DNA of 64,000 nt. It comes from the human T2T-CHM13v2.0 reference genome, Homo sapiens. The notes under the pieces were generated by a model that worked only from the letters and a program-made list of their open reading frames with translations, had not been told where the DNA came from and did no database searches. Position 1 is the first letter of the stretch. Each line of letters starts with the position of its first letter. The DNA lies in the NCBI RefSeq assembly GCF_009914755.1, contig NC_060926.1, one strand, 5' to 3'. A program made the position numbers and the translations under genes. Shown piece by piece: positions 12,110 through 33,204 of the stretch.

Positions 12110-13435
12110 CTGTTTAAAAAATAATTAAAAAGAGGTGCCAATTAATTATCTTCTATTGCCAATAAAACCAAGATACCTTAGAAATAGTAAAAAGAATCAT
12201 TCGCCACAACTGTTATTTGAAATATGGCCCATTAGAATAAACATGCTCTAGTGTATCCTTGGTTAACCATCCAGAAATAAACTCTAGAAAGAGGAAAAAT
12301 ACACTTCTTTTCCTGGATTTAGTATGTCATCACATTGAGAAATGTGGTAAGAAGAATATATATAGTATTTGGGTTTTCAATAGCATATGTTTGGTTAAGG
12401 CTCTGAGTATATTTAGAATTATTTAGTATTTAAGCATTTTTTTAAGTTTTATTTTAAGGAAAGGAAACATCTGTTGGTAGTTATTAAGTACGAGCACATT
12501 TTGTGGTGCATTTTTGGTATATAAAGCAAATATTTACAATATCCTACATACAAACAGGCTAATTAAAGTGGAATTTGCAAGGTAAATGGTATATAGTTAC
12601 TATTATACTATTATAAGAAACATAATTACTTAAAAGTAAACTCTGAAACCACATTAGCATTCAACTTAGTATGTTAATCTGCATGTCATGATGGATCCAG
12701 ATATTTTATTCTATGGGGTTTTTTTTTTTGAAAAAACAAAATGGTAATAATATACATCCTGTCTTCCCCCTAGCAGGGGCTAGGGATGGACACTATGAAT
12801 ACTTTTTTTTTTTAATCAAGTACTACCTCATCGATTTAGACTGATTGGGAGAAGGCTAGTCTGCATTAGAAAAAAGGTCAACATTTTACAAAAGTTTGAA
12901 AGGAATTTATATAATTTTCAAATGTTTGCTTGGAAATAAATATAGTACTATACTGTATTTATGTTATACTACATATTAGAAATATATACAATAATTTAAA
13001 CTATGGACATTTTCTTTATAGAATCAGGAAAGAAATGTTCTTTCCAGTAAACTTCCGAATGACAAAGTTTGAAAAATATTTTAAGACATATTTTAATGGA
13101 GGAAAAATCCTTCAGCTTCTTTAACATTAGGAGTGACTAAAAATATTTCCCATAGTATCCATATGGGTGATAATCTAAAATAATTTCAGACATAGTACAA
13201 ACTTCCTCGGCCCGCCCTTCATCCTTACATTTATTTGACCTCAATGCACTTACAATCAAGAAACAGATGCATGTTGAACTAATGAGATATAGTATGCTAC
13301 GGACTGAAATGGCAGAGTGAAAAATGTGGCAGCACACAAGAGGGGCCCAATCCTGCCTGAACAGCTGGGCTGTGAGAAAGCTCAGACAAGTTGTGAAACG
13401 TTAGTGGGTCCTCAAAGAAGGATAAGATTTCACCA

Positions 13436-13507
13436 GATGATGATGATGATGATGATGACGACGACGACGACGACGACGACAATGATGATGACGATGATGA
13501 TGATGAT
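13436..13507. repeat. Compound trinucleotide microsatellite (GAT)7(GAC)8 AAT(GAT)2 GAC(GAT)5
   Basis: Read directly from the sequence; sits at the tail of a MIR. Confidence 0.97.
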
Positions 13508-13539
13508 GGAGAAAAAGATGAGGAAGAAAATGATGGTGA

Positions 13540-13750
13540 TAACAACAGATAACACTTACTTGTTCCAAACATTTTACATGTATTAACTCTCTTAATCCTC
13601 ATAGCTACTCTTTGAGGTAATACCATCAGCATTCCTGTAATGAGGAAACTTAGGCACAGAGTGGTCACATAGCTAGCAGGTGGTGGAGGCAGGCTTTGGA
13701 TCTACACAGACTAGCTCCGGAGTCTGTTTGCAACCACAGTACTCTACCGT
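13540..13750 (-). mobile_element. MIR SINE
   Basis: ttaatcctcatagc...atgaggaaacttaggcacagagtggtcacatagctag core. Confidence 0.8.
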
Positions 13751-13816
13751 ATTGGGGTAGGCAGAGTTGTGGGAGGGAGTATATACAGATGTTTGAGTAA
13801 AAAGATGGCATGACCC

Positions 13817-14360
<544 letters not shown>

Positions 14361-14739
14361 CTAGTGGAATGCATTACTAAGAGAAAGAATGCAGTTCATT
14401 ATCAGCAAGCAGTAGAGAAAAAGGGATATTAAACTAGTTACTAATTTTTCAGTTCAACTGAGTATTATCTTTCAGCATTATCACTTTGGAAGTGACTCTA
14501 GTAAGCCTACTATTACTCAAAATGTTTCCAATGCAGTGTTCTTTGGAATTGCTTTCAGTTAGTTTTATGAGGCTTATTTTAGAATTGTCATCTTACAGTT
14601 AAGTTTTTTTCTTAACTAAAATACTTACTGTATTAGAATAAGTAAACTGCAGACTTTTCATATGGAAATGTGAGGACTGGAATGTTTGTTTTAAAATATC
14701 AGTTAGTGAATTAAATATTTATTTTGCATCTATTTAGCT

Positions 14740-14900
14740 TAATGTGTGCATTCTAGAATCTGCCTGCCTCTTTTCTAATTTCTCAGCTTAGTAGCTAACT
14801 TGGACTAATTACCTAACTTCTCTATTTCTAAGAGTCCCCAGCTATAAAATGGGTATAATAAAGTACCTACATCAGGACTGCTTTCAAGGTACACTTACTC
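14740..14900 (+). mobile_element. MIR SINE
   Basis: ttacctaacttctct...tataaaatgggtataataaagtacctac core. Confidence 0.7.
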
Positions 14901-15951
14901 AATTACCTTAACACTGCAGTTGCTGCTTGCTATTACTCAGTATATCCATCACTACGCAAATTTGTATGGAAAAAAATAAAATAATAAATATGATCTCTGA
15001 CCTTATATGGTAATCTCACAGTATGAAATAAATAAGTACTAAGCACAACAGGAGGTTTATGAAGGAAAAACATCCAGAAGTGGAGAAGTTACTACACAAG
15101 AGAAGGTATTTGAATTAGGACATGCAAATTGGTTAATATTCCATTGCAAGTAAGAAAGAAAAGAGATGGTAAAACAGGTGTATACTTCCTCTGACATTGA
15201 GCATCAAAAGTCACCAACTTCTAGACTATACTAGAAAAATAAAAATCATATTCTTCAATTTAGTTTTTATTCAGATACCAGTAATACTAATTTATGACAA
15301 TCTGCATAAGACAAGGCTGAAGTTTAGCTGTTTGTTGCTATATAAAAATGTCTTATGTAAATTAAATACAGATAAAATTTTATAGATGAAACCAAAAGAC
15401 TGCACCTTTACTTACATATCAAAAGAAGACAACACTTGAAATTCTGTATTTCAGTTTAAGTCAATTTAGTAATAATTTGTCAAAACTTCCTCCTGATAAC
15501 AGAACTGGAGAGTGTAGTGTAGTTTCCACTATAGTCTACACTGACTATTTCTACGAGGCAGAAAAACACCTTTTACTTGAAAAACTGATAGGTCCACTCC
15601 CCATATCTTCACTAAGTTTGAAAGTCCTAAATTAATCAAAAATTACAGTGTTTCAAGGAGAATAAGCAAAATGAGATCTGTGAAGAGCTTCAAAGCCAAG
15701 AGTCAAACCATTAATTCTCTACATTTGAACATGGGAAATCCTGAGCATAGTACAGTATAGAGTCTATGACCTGGACTTGTCTTCCAGCTCAGCACCAAAC
15801 GATCCATATCTAGGACCAATGGTGGTGGGAGGACTGAGAAAAATGTACAAGGTATTTCTCAAAATGCTCTGATGTACAAACAACACTGCTCTAGTTTCCC
15901 ATTAAAAAGCACAGGACAAAAGAAGGAGAGAGACATTCTTCTCCTACTTTA

Positions 15952-16425
<474 letters not shown>

Positions 16426-18209
16426 TCAAGGAGTGCCCTGTATCATCTGAAGAAACAGCAGCAATAATTAGCAAGTATTGGGTACATCAATGAGAAGAAA
16501 ATGGCCAATGTCCATTAGTAGATAACTGGACTGGTTTGTGAACAAAATGTCAAAACTCTTGTGGATTCCCCAAGATCTGTGTGATTAAGGAGGGGGCTTT
16601 GCAAGTGGTCATGCATTAACAGGGGAGCGGGAGGAAGATAGTCAAATGTGGGTTATTCATCCTTCTTTTTTCCTTAACTTCAACTATCTGCCAAGAAAAC
16701 CAGGTAAAACTAAAGAAAATCAATGGAGTAAATAAAACAAGTTTGTAAAAATCTTTAATAATAACTAGATGGGCAAGGTGGGAGAGGACCAAATCAACAT
16801 CCTTTTTAGTCTTCAAGCATTATATGTCATGCAGGTTTTTTGAAAGACACAAGTTTTTTAAAGAGCTCTAAACATCTTGAATCTTACTCAAGTGTGCCAC
16901 CAGTTAAAAAGAATGCTGGTAATTTCCTGGTTTGAAAAATACGCCTGGAGGAAGTAGTCAAGACTGAGCTTGTATTATTCAAATATTGTATTCATGCATA
17001 AATAGTTGTTTTGAAGGAGAGAAGAAAAGAATGTCAGAAGAATGCTGGATTCTGCATTTTCAGAAGGGGGTGCGGGCAGGGATTAAAAAGGTAGTGAAAT
17101 AGTCAGGGGGCATCTACCAAAGTAAGCTGAGCAATGCTGCCCCACTCAGTGCCCTTGTACATTTCCCTGAGCAATATAACCCAATGCACATGGCATAGAA
17201 CTGTAATAAAAGTAGCTGTACTGGGAGAAATTAATGAAAGAATGAAAGAATAAAATATATAGCAAGTTGTCCAACTATTAAATATTGAATCAGAAAAAGA
17301 ATTATCCAAATGAAAATAGTAGAATGAAAAACCCAAACAAAAAATCACCCATAATGTAACTTCATTTATTTTTAAACACCTTTCTAACTTTTACAATTTC
17401 CTCTTTAATTACATAAGGCATTGATGACAGTCTCAGAAGGCCATTTTGAATCCAAGCTTCCTACATGAGACAATAAACAGCATGATTTAAATTGAGCTTC
17501 ACATACATTTAGAATGACTGCTCTTTTTTATACAGGGGACAATCTATGATTGCCCAAATTTTGAGGACAGAGATGTAAGAATTCTAGAAAGCCCCTTTTC
17601 ACTTTATACTTACATCCTTAAAAAATTTCAATTTTTAATACCTTCACTCCAATTTGGGTTACACTAGAGTAAATTAATATTTATTTGTCTTAAGAATAAT
17701 TTTACCATATAGACTAAATTTTGAGAAAGTAACATGCAAAATAGAAATAGTTTCACTACTATACTGTTGATAATCTCCTTTTGAAAAATAAATGTTTTAG
17801 AAGTAGAGATTACTTGCCACTGAATAAATCTGCAAAATACCTGTACTCTGCCCGGGTAAAGTATGCTATGCAGTTCCCCGGTTTCTTAAGTCAGCTATTT
17901 TGGTAGCCATGGGAAGGACAGGAAGCTTGAGGGCAAAGAAAACCCAAATGTGAAACATGATAGCAAAGAAAGAATTAAGAAATAGAAGACATTGCTGTAG
18001 TTATAATAAGGATAAATGATAGCATGGCATCCATAAGACATTTAACATGGAGGTATATGAGCAGAAGACTGCAAAGAACCTAAGGTAAATAAGGAGACCT
18101 CAAGCTTGGACTAACCTATTGTACCCAAAGAATGGAGTACTAGAAACAATGGCTCATTTGTACCTCACAGGGCCTTATGAGATCTAAATACCAATTAAAT
18201 ATCACAATT

Positions 18210-19620
18210 TGAGCACTTTATGTATATGTTTACTGAGTCATAGATACAAAGTTTTATAGAATGGGCCTCTACTATCAAACACCATATAATCAGGGTAGCA
18301 GATAAAATAATCACAAAAACAATACGAAGTGTGTAGTAAGTGCTAATATGGTAACATACACAATGGGCTAGGGGGGTTCAAAGGGCATTTGAGGATTGTC
18401 AGATTTTGCTAGAGGGAAATAGATAAAAAGGAGGGAACAATACCCAAAAGAATAAATTAGAAAGATGCAAGGCTTATTTGAGGAATAATAAGCAATCTGG
18501 TTTGATGCACAGGTAGAAGAGATAAATCAGAGCCATAATAAGGAAGTCTTTGCCAAGCTCAGGAATTAGGACTTTGTATTTGCTAGGTAGCTAATTAGGA
18601 ACAATGAAGTTTCTGATCTGGGAAGGTATTTTTAAAAAGAATAATTAATAGATCAGAATTATTGTTGGAAGATTAACTGGTGGGTAAAATATTGGAGGAG
18701 TGAAGGAAAGTTTGATATGAGTGACCTGTTAGAAAGGTATTAAAGGAACAGACAACACTAATATTCAGTAACAAGGACCTGAATTGGGGTGGTGGCAGCT
18801 GGAATATAACAAAAGAAAGGGATGTAAGTGATCTTTTAAAGAAAGAATCGACAGCATATGGGCACTGATGATTTGTAAGAGACAGTGTAAGGGAGTAAGA
18901 GAGAAGAATCTGGAGTGACCATCAATGGATGGGGATCTGGTTACTGCTCATATAGTGACCCTTGCCTTGACCATGCTGTCACTGAACAGGCATGCCTGCA
19001 TCATCATGTGCCCAGTAAATGGGTACCAGTGCATTCCATCTGTTCACAATGACTGCCTCAACTACTGAACCCACACACATCAATGTTCCTAGCTACTAAC
19101 CTGGCTACGTGGTCTCCTGTTTTACTTCTGCCTTGCCCCTCAGTTTGTAACTCTGGCTCTTCTTCTTAAACTGTGATTCAACTTCTTCATCCTGTCAAAG
19201 GACCCATGAATACTGTTCTTCTTGGCCACATCAAGTTCCCAGGAACCCCTTACCCAGACTTGTTCCCACCTAGTTGATCCTAGTTTCAAGGGCAGGACTT
19301 GGATTGAAACACACATAGAAACAGGTTAGTCTAGAAGAAGAGCAAGTTTTGTTAATAAGTTGAATTTTAGACTCAGTGGGAGATAAAGGTACAAGGAAAT
19401 GCTCTGGGTAGATATGTCTAGCTGGTAGCTAGAAATACAGAAGAGAGGCCTGGACTACATAAAAACTACTTTGGAATTTTCTAAATAGAGAGTAAAGCCA
19501 TTGAGTAAGATCACAGAAGAAAAATAAAGTCAAAGATAGATAGTCTGGTAATTCTCCAATAAAGAGTCAATTTAAAAGACAGACTAAGATAATATAGTGT
19601 CAAGAAAGCCTTGAAAGAGA
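18210..19620 (-). mobile_element. L2 fragments, interrupted by an unassigned segment at about 18930-19310
   Basis: Purine-rich degenerate L2 motifs (ccaagctcaggaattaggacttt, gatcagaatt...gaagattaact, gagtaaagccattgag). Confidence 0.55.
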
Positions 19621-19629
19621 AAATGGTGT

Positions 19630-19631
<2 letters not shown>

Positions 19632-19671
<40 letters not shown>
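19632..19671. repeat. (GT)20 microsatellite
   Basis: Read directly. Confidence 0.97.
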
Positions 19672-19674
<3 letters not shown>

Positions 19675-19809
19675 GTGGTTATACAGTGATCAAACTTGTT
19701 GGTTCTGAATTTTAATGCAGAGATGACCTCAATATGATTTAATGAGAAGTAATGTTTTATCAAGTACATAGAGGTTAAGTCTGCTAAAGGTGTGGTTCTA
19801 CTGTTCTGA

Positions 19810-20005
19810 ATGCTGGGCTGTAAGCCAAAAATGCCTTCATTCTAATCCTGCTATGACAAACTTACTCCAAATCATTTAACCTCTGCCTCAATTTCCCCAC
19901 CTGCAAAAACAGGGATAATGATATTGACCTACATTTGTAACGGTGTTGTAAGGATTAACTAGTGTGTATAATGCTTTGAAGATTAAAAGTGCTGAGCATT
20001 ATTAG
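19810..20005 (+). mobile_element. MIR SINE
   Basis: tcatttaacctctgcctcaatttccccacctgcaaaaacagggataat core. Confidence 0.75.
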
Positions 20006-20471
20006 TGAGTATTACATAACTAATTGTCTATAATACTAAAAATGTTATCCTTTAAGTTTAGGCAAATAGCAGTTATCAAATAAATGTTCTAGCTCCCTTA
20101 GTGACATTTAGCTTCTAATGTTAATATTAAATTTATTATTGAATGTGTATCTAGATCTATTTTACAACTGTCATCTCATGGCATATAAAGTTCTAAATCA
20201 GTTCAGAAGCCTAGGACACTTTTTCAACCTAAATATTAAATGTAAGTATTCAGGACATATTTATTTGAAAATGAGCACCCACTGCAAGTATTCAATAAAT
20301 ACCAAAGGTAGTATTTTTAATTATAAAATTTCAGATTTACCAAAAACACTAAGCAACTAAATAGAAGCAAAATGCAAAAAGCACAAAGCATTATGTTCAA
20401 AATACTATCTAAGTCCCTATTTTTAAAACAAGCTTTAGAACCTAAAAGTGTGCAAAAAATGAAGAGAGAAA

Positions 20472-21103
<632 letters not shown>

Positions 21104-21124
21104 TGGTCTTTTGTTTCTTCTCAG

Positions 21125-21900
21125 GTTTTAAAATTACAAAAGCAACACATACTTATTGTTTTTTAAAAAATGCAAACATACAGAAGTATTTGATGTAAAA
21201 ATTAATGTGTTCTCCTCCAAGCTGCCCTCCTCACTCTGAAGGAAGCCATTGCACAGTGTGGCATGCGGCCTTCCAGACTTTCTAAATGTACTTACAACAC
21301 GTGCACACCCATACTGACTTGTTCATTTTGTGTTTTTATAAAGATAAAATTTTACTATATATACAACTTGCTTTGTTCACTGAACACCACATCATGGATA
21401 CTCTGTTAGCATAAACAGATAGATCTACCTGATGTTTTAATAGCCACAATATGTTCAATTGAATAGTGACCATAATTGACTTATCCGTTCTCTTAATAAA
21501 TAACCATCTGTTTCTAATTTTTACCTTACAAATAATATAACCATGAAAATATACATACACACTTTACATTTTGATAGGTATTGCCAAATTAGCCTCCAAA
21601 ATGATTGGTAAATTTACATTTCCACCCAAAACATGACTGTACTTTTTCCTATATCCTCAACAGCATGCAGCATTATCCAAGTTTTAAGTTGTTGCCAACC
21701 TGGTAGGTGAAAATTTATCTTGTAATTTTAAGTTTCATTTTTCCATTCATTAATGAAACCAAACATCTTTTCATGGATTTTTAAAACAATTTGTTCCCTC
21801 TATAAATTACCTGTTCCTATATTTTGCTCATCTTTCTATTAAGTTCTTTATCCCTATGTGTGTATGAATAATATTAATCCTTTGTTATGAAGTTTGTGCA
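21125..21900 (-). mobile_element. Ancient L1ME-like 3' region
   Basis: ttgataggtattgccaaattagcctccaaa...aatttacatttcc...ttgccaacctggtaggtgaaa. Confidence 0.65.
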
Positions 21901-23511
21901 TGTTTAGTCATTTAAAATTTTTTTCACTAACATATATGAAGAAAATAAGAGAATGTAGAATCTGATTTAAAAAAAAAAAAACTGGGCATAACATAAAAAG
22001 CTCTTTAAACTCAATTAAGCTAGTGCTGTGCAAAGTGCCAAAGAGATTTAGACCCCAGCCAGACTGTGGTTCTTCACAGCTGCTAACCACTGGTCAGATG
22101 ATGCTATTTCAACATGAAGCAAAAGGTGACAGATTTCTATGTTCCAAGATAATCTGTGCACCGTTCTTACTAAAAGAGGTTAGAACAAATTCTATGCCTC
22201 GAAAGAAAAGTAGGAATCCCTTCACTTTCATCAAAGAATTGTGGCAAAAATCTTTTAAAATCTTTTGTTTTAGTTAAATTTGGAAAATATTTCTCTAGGG
22301 CATTGTTCAAACGGTTTAATTCACTTAGTTAAATAGATCTTGTCAATTTAACATTTTCCGTATTATAAGCAGTTTTGACATTTAGACAATTTATCAATGG
22401 CTTCTTCATTGTGGTCTGCTTCCTCTTCTTTCTACTCATTACATGCAACAAATTAAATTTCACTAATATTTAAAGATCGGTGCTGACCTTTGCATAGTCA
22501 TTTTCTAGGTTCCTATTAATACAAACATCTTGTTTGCTAATGCTCATTTTAAATATTTTGCTGCACACAATTTTCCATTATCCCAAAGAGACTTGTATCT
22601 AGTTGAAGTGCATTTTTTCCATGACCTCAAAAAATAATTGCAATAGTTTATATCAGGCATTGGGGGGAGGTATGCCTGCATAAGCAAATAATAATCATCA
22701 TCATCATCACCTCTCACCACCTCCACTCAACACAGATACCTACTTTTCTGATCTTCAAAAATATGAACTTCATTCTTTTTAGGATGTACCTCAACCACAA
22801 CAATAAAAGGACAAGGAAAACAGAAATGTTAGCAATGTAACAATGATAATTAATTCTAGATTAAAACTCTATAAATATAATTTTATGCCATACTTGAATA
22901 AATTGAAAAAACGTAACTTTGAAGAGAAAATAAATTGAATTTCAGGAATAACTCCTAAATAGCTAAAATAAAGGCAAGAGAACACTGAAATGCTCTTATC
23001 TAAACCAATGCTTAAATACCAAAATAATTTGTCAATTCAGGGTTATTGTTTTGAAAAGGTTAGAAATCAAAGACTGCTATGAAGTGAGCTCAAATGAAAA
23101 AAAAAAAAAACAGAAATCCTTTATCTACAAATAGAAAAGATAGTGGAAAATTTTGGAGTGGCCCGCAGCTATACCACCTCTACCTTGTCAGATTTCACTT
23201 GTCAACACTTTGATGACAGATTGCTACCCACTCCTCTGAAAAACAAACTCTAGTAACTGCTGAAAGAAATGGCTTCTTATAAAAAGTGAAATACCTCATG
23301 CAACTTGATAGTTGTATACTTTTAAATATTTCTTTTCCAAAAGAGACCTGAAAACCTTTTTTCTATGGCTTCTAGAAAAACTTAGAAGCTAAAGAACCCT
23401 CCTAACATGGGGAATAGAAACGTGGGTAACATTTTAAAATACCTACTAAATGCACTTTATATTCATTATTTCATTTAATCCTCACAAGAGCCTTCTGAAA
23501 TTACGTACTAA

Positions 23512-23513
<2 letters not shown>

Positions 23514-23555
<42 letters not shown>
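23514..23555. repeat. (TG)21 microsatellite inside a minus-strand MIR (about 23430-23800)
   Basis: Read directly; flanked by tcatttaatcctcacaa and ggaaactga...aagtaatttgc. Confidence 0.95.
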
Positions 23556-23556
<1 letters not shown>

Positions 23557-24954
23557 TGTATTTTATTCACATATTCTTAAAAATATTTTTCTGGGCAGGG
23601 AATAGCAGTTTCTCCAGAGTCCATGTACCTCCTCTCCCATAAATCAACTCTGAGAGGCCCTAAACCCCTTAATTTATAAATATGGAAACTGAAATCTATG
23701 AGGGTAAAGTAATTTGCACAAATTCAATCATCTCGTTAGAGGAACAATTAGGACTAAAATTTCTGTCCACAAATTATCTGTGCAGTGCTCTTTCAACTCT
23801 CTCTCCCTCTGCCTAAATGCTGTGCTAAATGGAGCCTTTTGACCCCTGAGACAAATGTCAGTTTAGACTTGTATAATTAATCCATGGAAAGGGATATGGA
23901 TGGAAACTATCTTCTGACCAACTTTTACTTTAATTTACTTTGCTTAGAAAGCTCTTGGAGAAAGTTAACTGAATGACTAAGGAGTGTTTTAAATTAGTAT
24001 ATCAATAGTTTATAAGTAAATTGATGTATCTAAATATCAGATTAAATTTGATATTTCTTATGCCCTAAAGAATCTTCCCACTATTGCTTAGCAAACTTCA
24101 CAGATGATATAAAAGTAAGCTCCAATATGAATTATTAATATTTATGGCCGATTGGTCAATAAATTAAGGTCTTCCTGTTAAGTTATTGTGTTACATCACA
24201 GAAGCTTTATTTCTATTTTGACTACCCTTATTTGGTAGTGGCACCCATTAAGTTCTCAGCCCCTTAGTCTTTATGACAAGTTCTTAATGAAATGTAAACA
24301 AGCCCTAAATAGTCACAATTTATAAGAATTCTGCAGTGAATTCTTTAATATTGTAATTGGATCTTCCTTCATACTCTTTCTTCCCTGATTGTTTGCTTTC
24401 AACTTTACTAACGGTTTGTCACAGTGTTCGTACTTACATAAAATTTTTAGTATTTTGTTTCAATGGTTGAATAGAGAACCAAAGTAGATAACTTAGGAAA
24501 GAACAGCCTTTTCTTATTGAAATGAAAGCCTGTGAATAAACCACCAAGGTCCCCTGAGAAGGGATCAATTTCGCCGTACTATATTTAACACAGGCATACA
24601 TCATCACAGCTTAAAATGTTAATTCCCTAATATAGTAGGAAATTATTACCTGATATTTAAAAATCAGTAGAATAAAATAAGGAAGATTCTAGATTATGAC
24701 CATGTTTTGCCCTAAAGCCCAAACAAGTTACAGATTAATAAAAAATGTTTCCTATGCTTTTTTAATTCTATATTAAGACATAGAAGAGTAAATGGAAAAA
24801 CATATTTGAAAATTTGTGGCAAATAACTGTTCAATAAATGTGCTTCTCTTTCATGAACATTCAATATCCTTAAAATAATGAGTCTGATCTCAAAAATACC
24901 TACCTGAAAAAAAGGAGTTTCACTGGATATCATTTTATCTTCTAATTATTTTTA

Positions 24955-25130
24955 GTATGATTCAACCTACATTTACAAAGCATCTACTAAGTGCAACCAC
25001 TGAGTGGCACCATGCTAGGCATTCACAATATGAAGTTAACAAACCAAAGAACTTGTTCTTGAGGATATCAAAACTTAGTGGGGAGCTTGGGATGGAGGAG
25101 AAAAATAATGAATACAATTACATCAGAGTA
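24955..25130 (-). mobile_element. L2 3' end
   Basis: attcaac...catttac..agcatctacta.gtg...ggcaccatgctaggc. Confidence 0.65.
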
Positions 25131-26743
25131 TGGCAAATAAAACAGAACCATGTCCAGGAATTTAGTACAAAGAAGAGAGTTAAAATTTCTAGCATTTAAC
25201 AAAATCTCTATCGCAATAAAAATAGAAATCATATATTCATTTTCAGAACCTGAAACTTCCTTAAAGAAAATGAATATCAAGCATGTGATCCACACAAATT
25301 TACTAATTCTAAAGTCACTGTAATTCACATTTGATAGTTTCTGAAATTTTATGTATCTTATAATCAAGGTGTACATTTAATATAGTGTTGCTTTTTTTCA
25401 TCAAACTTGCACCTAAATGAACAGTACCTTACAACCAATGGTAGATTAGAAGCAAGGAAACATGGTATATGCCAATGCTTGATTTCCTTTGGCAGCAAGA
25501 CCGGCTCCAAATAACTTGGCAACATATACAAAGTCCTACACAGAGGACCATCCAAGAAAAGATGGGGGATTGAGCACATGTAGTTATTTGCACTCCCTCC
25601 CAAACTCTCACAAAAATGATAAAGGAGAAAAAAAAAAGGCAAAGGAACTAGTGGCAAGATAACCACAAAACAGATGTCATAAAAATTTTGGAGGGTAAAA
25701 AGCAGATGGGCAAGAGATAACTGACAATAGATCTGAGAAAGCAGAAAGCAAGTACCAATGGCGGGGTGGAGGAAGTCAAAAAGCACACGTACTGGAACCC
25801 TAGAAAAGCTCAGAAACTGGAAGCACCAAGTACTTCTGAAGAAATGGCTTTGCTTAGAACTGAAAACAAGAGAACTGTTTGAAAGTCTGTGGATATAATA
25901 CTTAGAATTCTAGGTGCTCTTCCCTGCCAACACAGTTGGCCAATGATCTCTCCCTACCACAGAAGAAAATTGAAAATGGACTCGTGAGAGGTTATATCAG
26001 AGCATCTTTAGAAGTAAAACATTGCTGAGAGTGAGAAGGCTATGCTGAAAACAGGGAGAAAAGGAACTCCTGGAAATAAAAATATGAGAGCCAAAACAAA
26101 AACAGACAAAAGAAGACTTGAAAGATACTTTTGAAGAAGTCTCCCAGAAGAAAAAAAGAAACGTACAGAGAAAGAGAGAGAGAGAAGGAGTTTGGGTGAT
26201 CAGTCACAGTGATTCTTAGTCAGACATCAGACTAAGACAAAAAACAGAGACAATGGAAGGAAATAAATTATGAAGAAATAATGCAAGAAAATTCCCCAGA
26301 ACTGAAGTACATGATTTTCTCTGTTGAAAGAAATCAATAAGTACCCAATACAATGAATTACAAAAGATACAATCCCTGTGCATATTATTGTGAAATCTCA
26401 AAATACTGGAGATAAATAAAATATAGTAAAAGTTTGCAGAGAAGGAAAAAAAAAATAGGTCACATAAAAAGGATCAGGGCAACAGACTTTCTCAATCGCA
26501 ACACTGGGAGTTGTTAGAAGACAAAGGAGTTGTGCTTTCAAATTCTGAAAGAAAATTATTTCCTACCTATAATTCTATATCTAGCCAAATTGTCACTTGA
26601 GTGTGAGGTTAGAAAAAAACATTCAGAGGACCAAAGTCTCAAAAATTAACAATCATGTATTATTTTTAAGGAAGTTACTGGAGGATGTGTCACACCAAAG
26701 GATGAAATAAACCCAAGAAGGCGGATGATATAGAATCCAGGAA

Positions 26744-32098
<5,355 letters not shown>

Positions 32099-32585
32099 AG
32101 AATCCAGGAAATAAGGGATTCAACACAAGAACAAAGAAAAAAGAATTTCCAGAATAATGATGAAAGGAAATCCTACAAGGATATCTGTGTCTCATGAGGA
32201 AGACAGTAAATTCAGGTTTAAGCAGGAGAGCAAAGAAGTTTCAGAGGGATAGCTTCAAGGAAAAATAAAATTTACAGAGTAATAGAGGCCTGAGGCTTCT
32301 GAACTTACTTAAAGAAGACTTACACTTCTGGGGAAGTTGGGAATGAAGAAATAATAGGTCTATTAAAAAAGCACATTTAAAAAGTAAAGGCAATTATTTA
32401 CTGCAGAGAAAAAAGTTGTACAAAAAATATAGTATGCTACATGATTATATGGGCTTTGCTTTGAATATTTACATCGTTAGAAAAATGTAAACATACAATA
32501 TTGATTAACCAAAAATGGTGGCATAACCATGTTGGAGGGGAGAAAGGAAGTATGTTGGGGAGAGGATGAGTGCTGAAGTAGGGGT

Positions 32586-33204
32586 TGTTGAGGCTCAGAC
32601 CACTAGACCCCAGAGTATGGCACTCTGGCATGCTGAGCACTTTAAAGGGGATTTGAAGGTCTCTGAGGCAAGGTATCTCAGACGTTCTACTGCTCTCCTG
32701 TCTCCCTCCTCTTTTTCCCCCAAAAGTGATTCACGGAAACCAGAATTCCTCTTCCTCAAGTGTCATAGACACTAGAACTCCTCTGCCTCAAAGCAAGCCA
32801 TAAAACCTAGAAAGGTTACTATCTCCTTTCTCTCTTGAAGACCCTCATTCCACAGGGGTCCTGCCCCATACTTCTAAGGAAGGAATGCTACACAGAGAGG
32901 CCAAGATAAATCTGAACAGACAAGCCTTGCTGGGTTTCCCCTCTCAGTCTATTACCATTATTCCCCACTATGTCCAGTCACATTTCTACACAACTGTCCA
33001 TTCTTCATTGAACCTAAGCATGAAAATAGACAGTTTTCCCTGGATCCTTAGGTCTTCATTTCTGAAAGCTCTTGTGTCACATAAGACTTTTGGTTAAATA
33101 AATTTACTGTGCTTTTCTCTTGTTTACCTGTCCTTTGTTAAAGGAGTGTTGGCTATAACTCTTATAATGGGTGAAGAAAAGTATCACCCCTTGCTCTCTC
33201 TCCA
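32586..33204 (+). mobile_element. ERV1 solo LTR (MER34/MER39-like)
   Basis: TG...CA ends, internal aataaa near 33097, putative 4-bp TSD gggt/gagt, ataaatctgaacagacaagccttgctgggttt motif. Confidence 0.75.

Noticed and set aside
13297-13668. Poly-Ser and poly-Met/Thr ORFs
   Set aside because: Translation artefacts of the (GAT)n(GAC)n microsatellite and adjacent MIR.
18930-19310. Pyrimidine-rich segment interrupting L2, possibly an ancient LTR
   Set aside because: No termini or family could be recognised with confidence.
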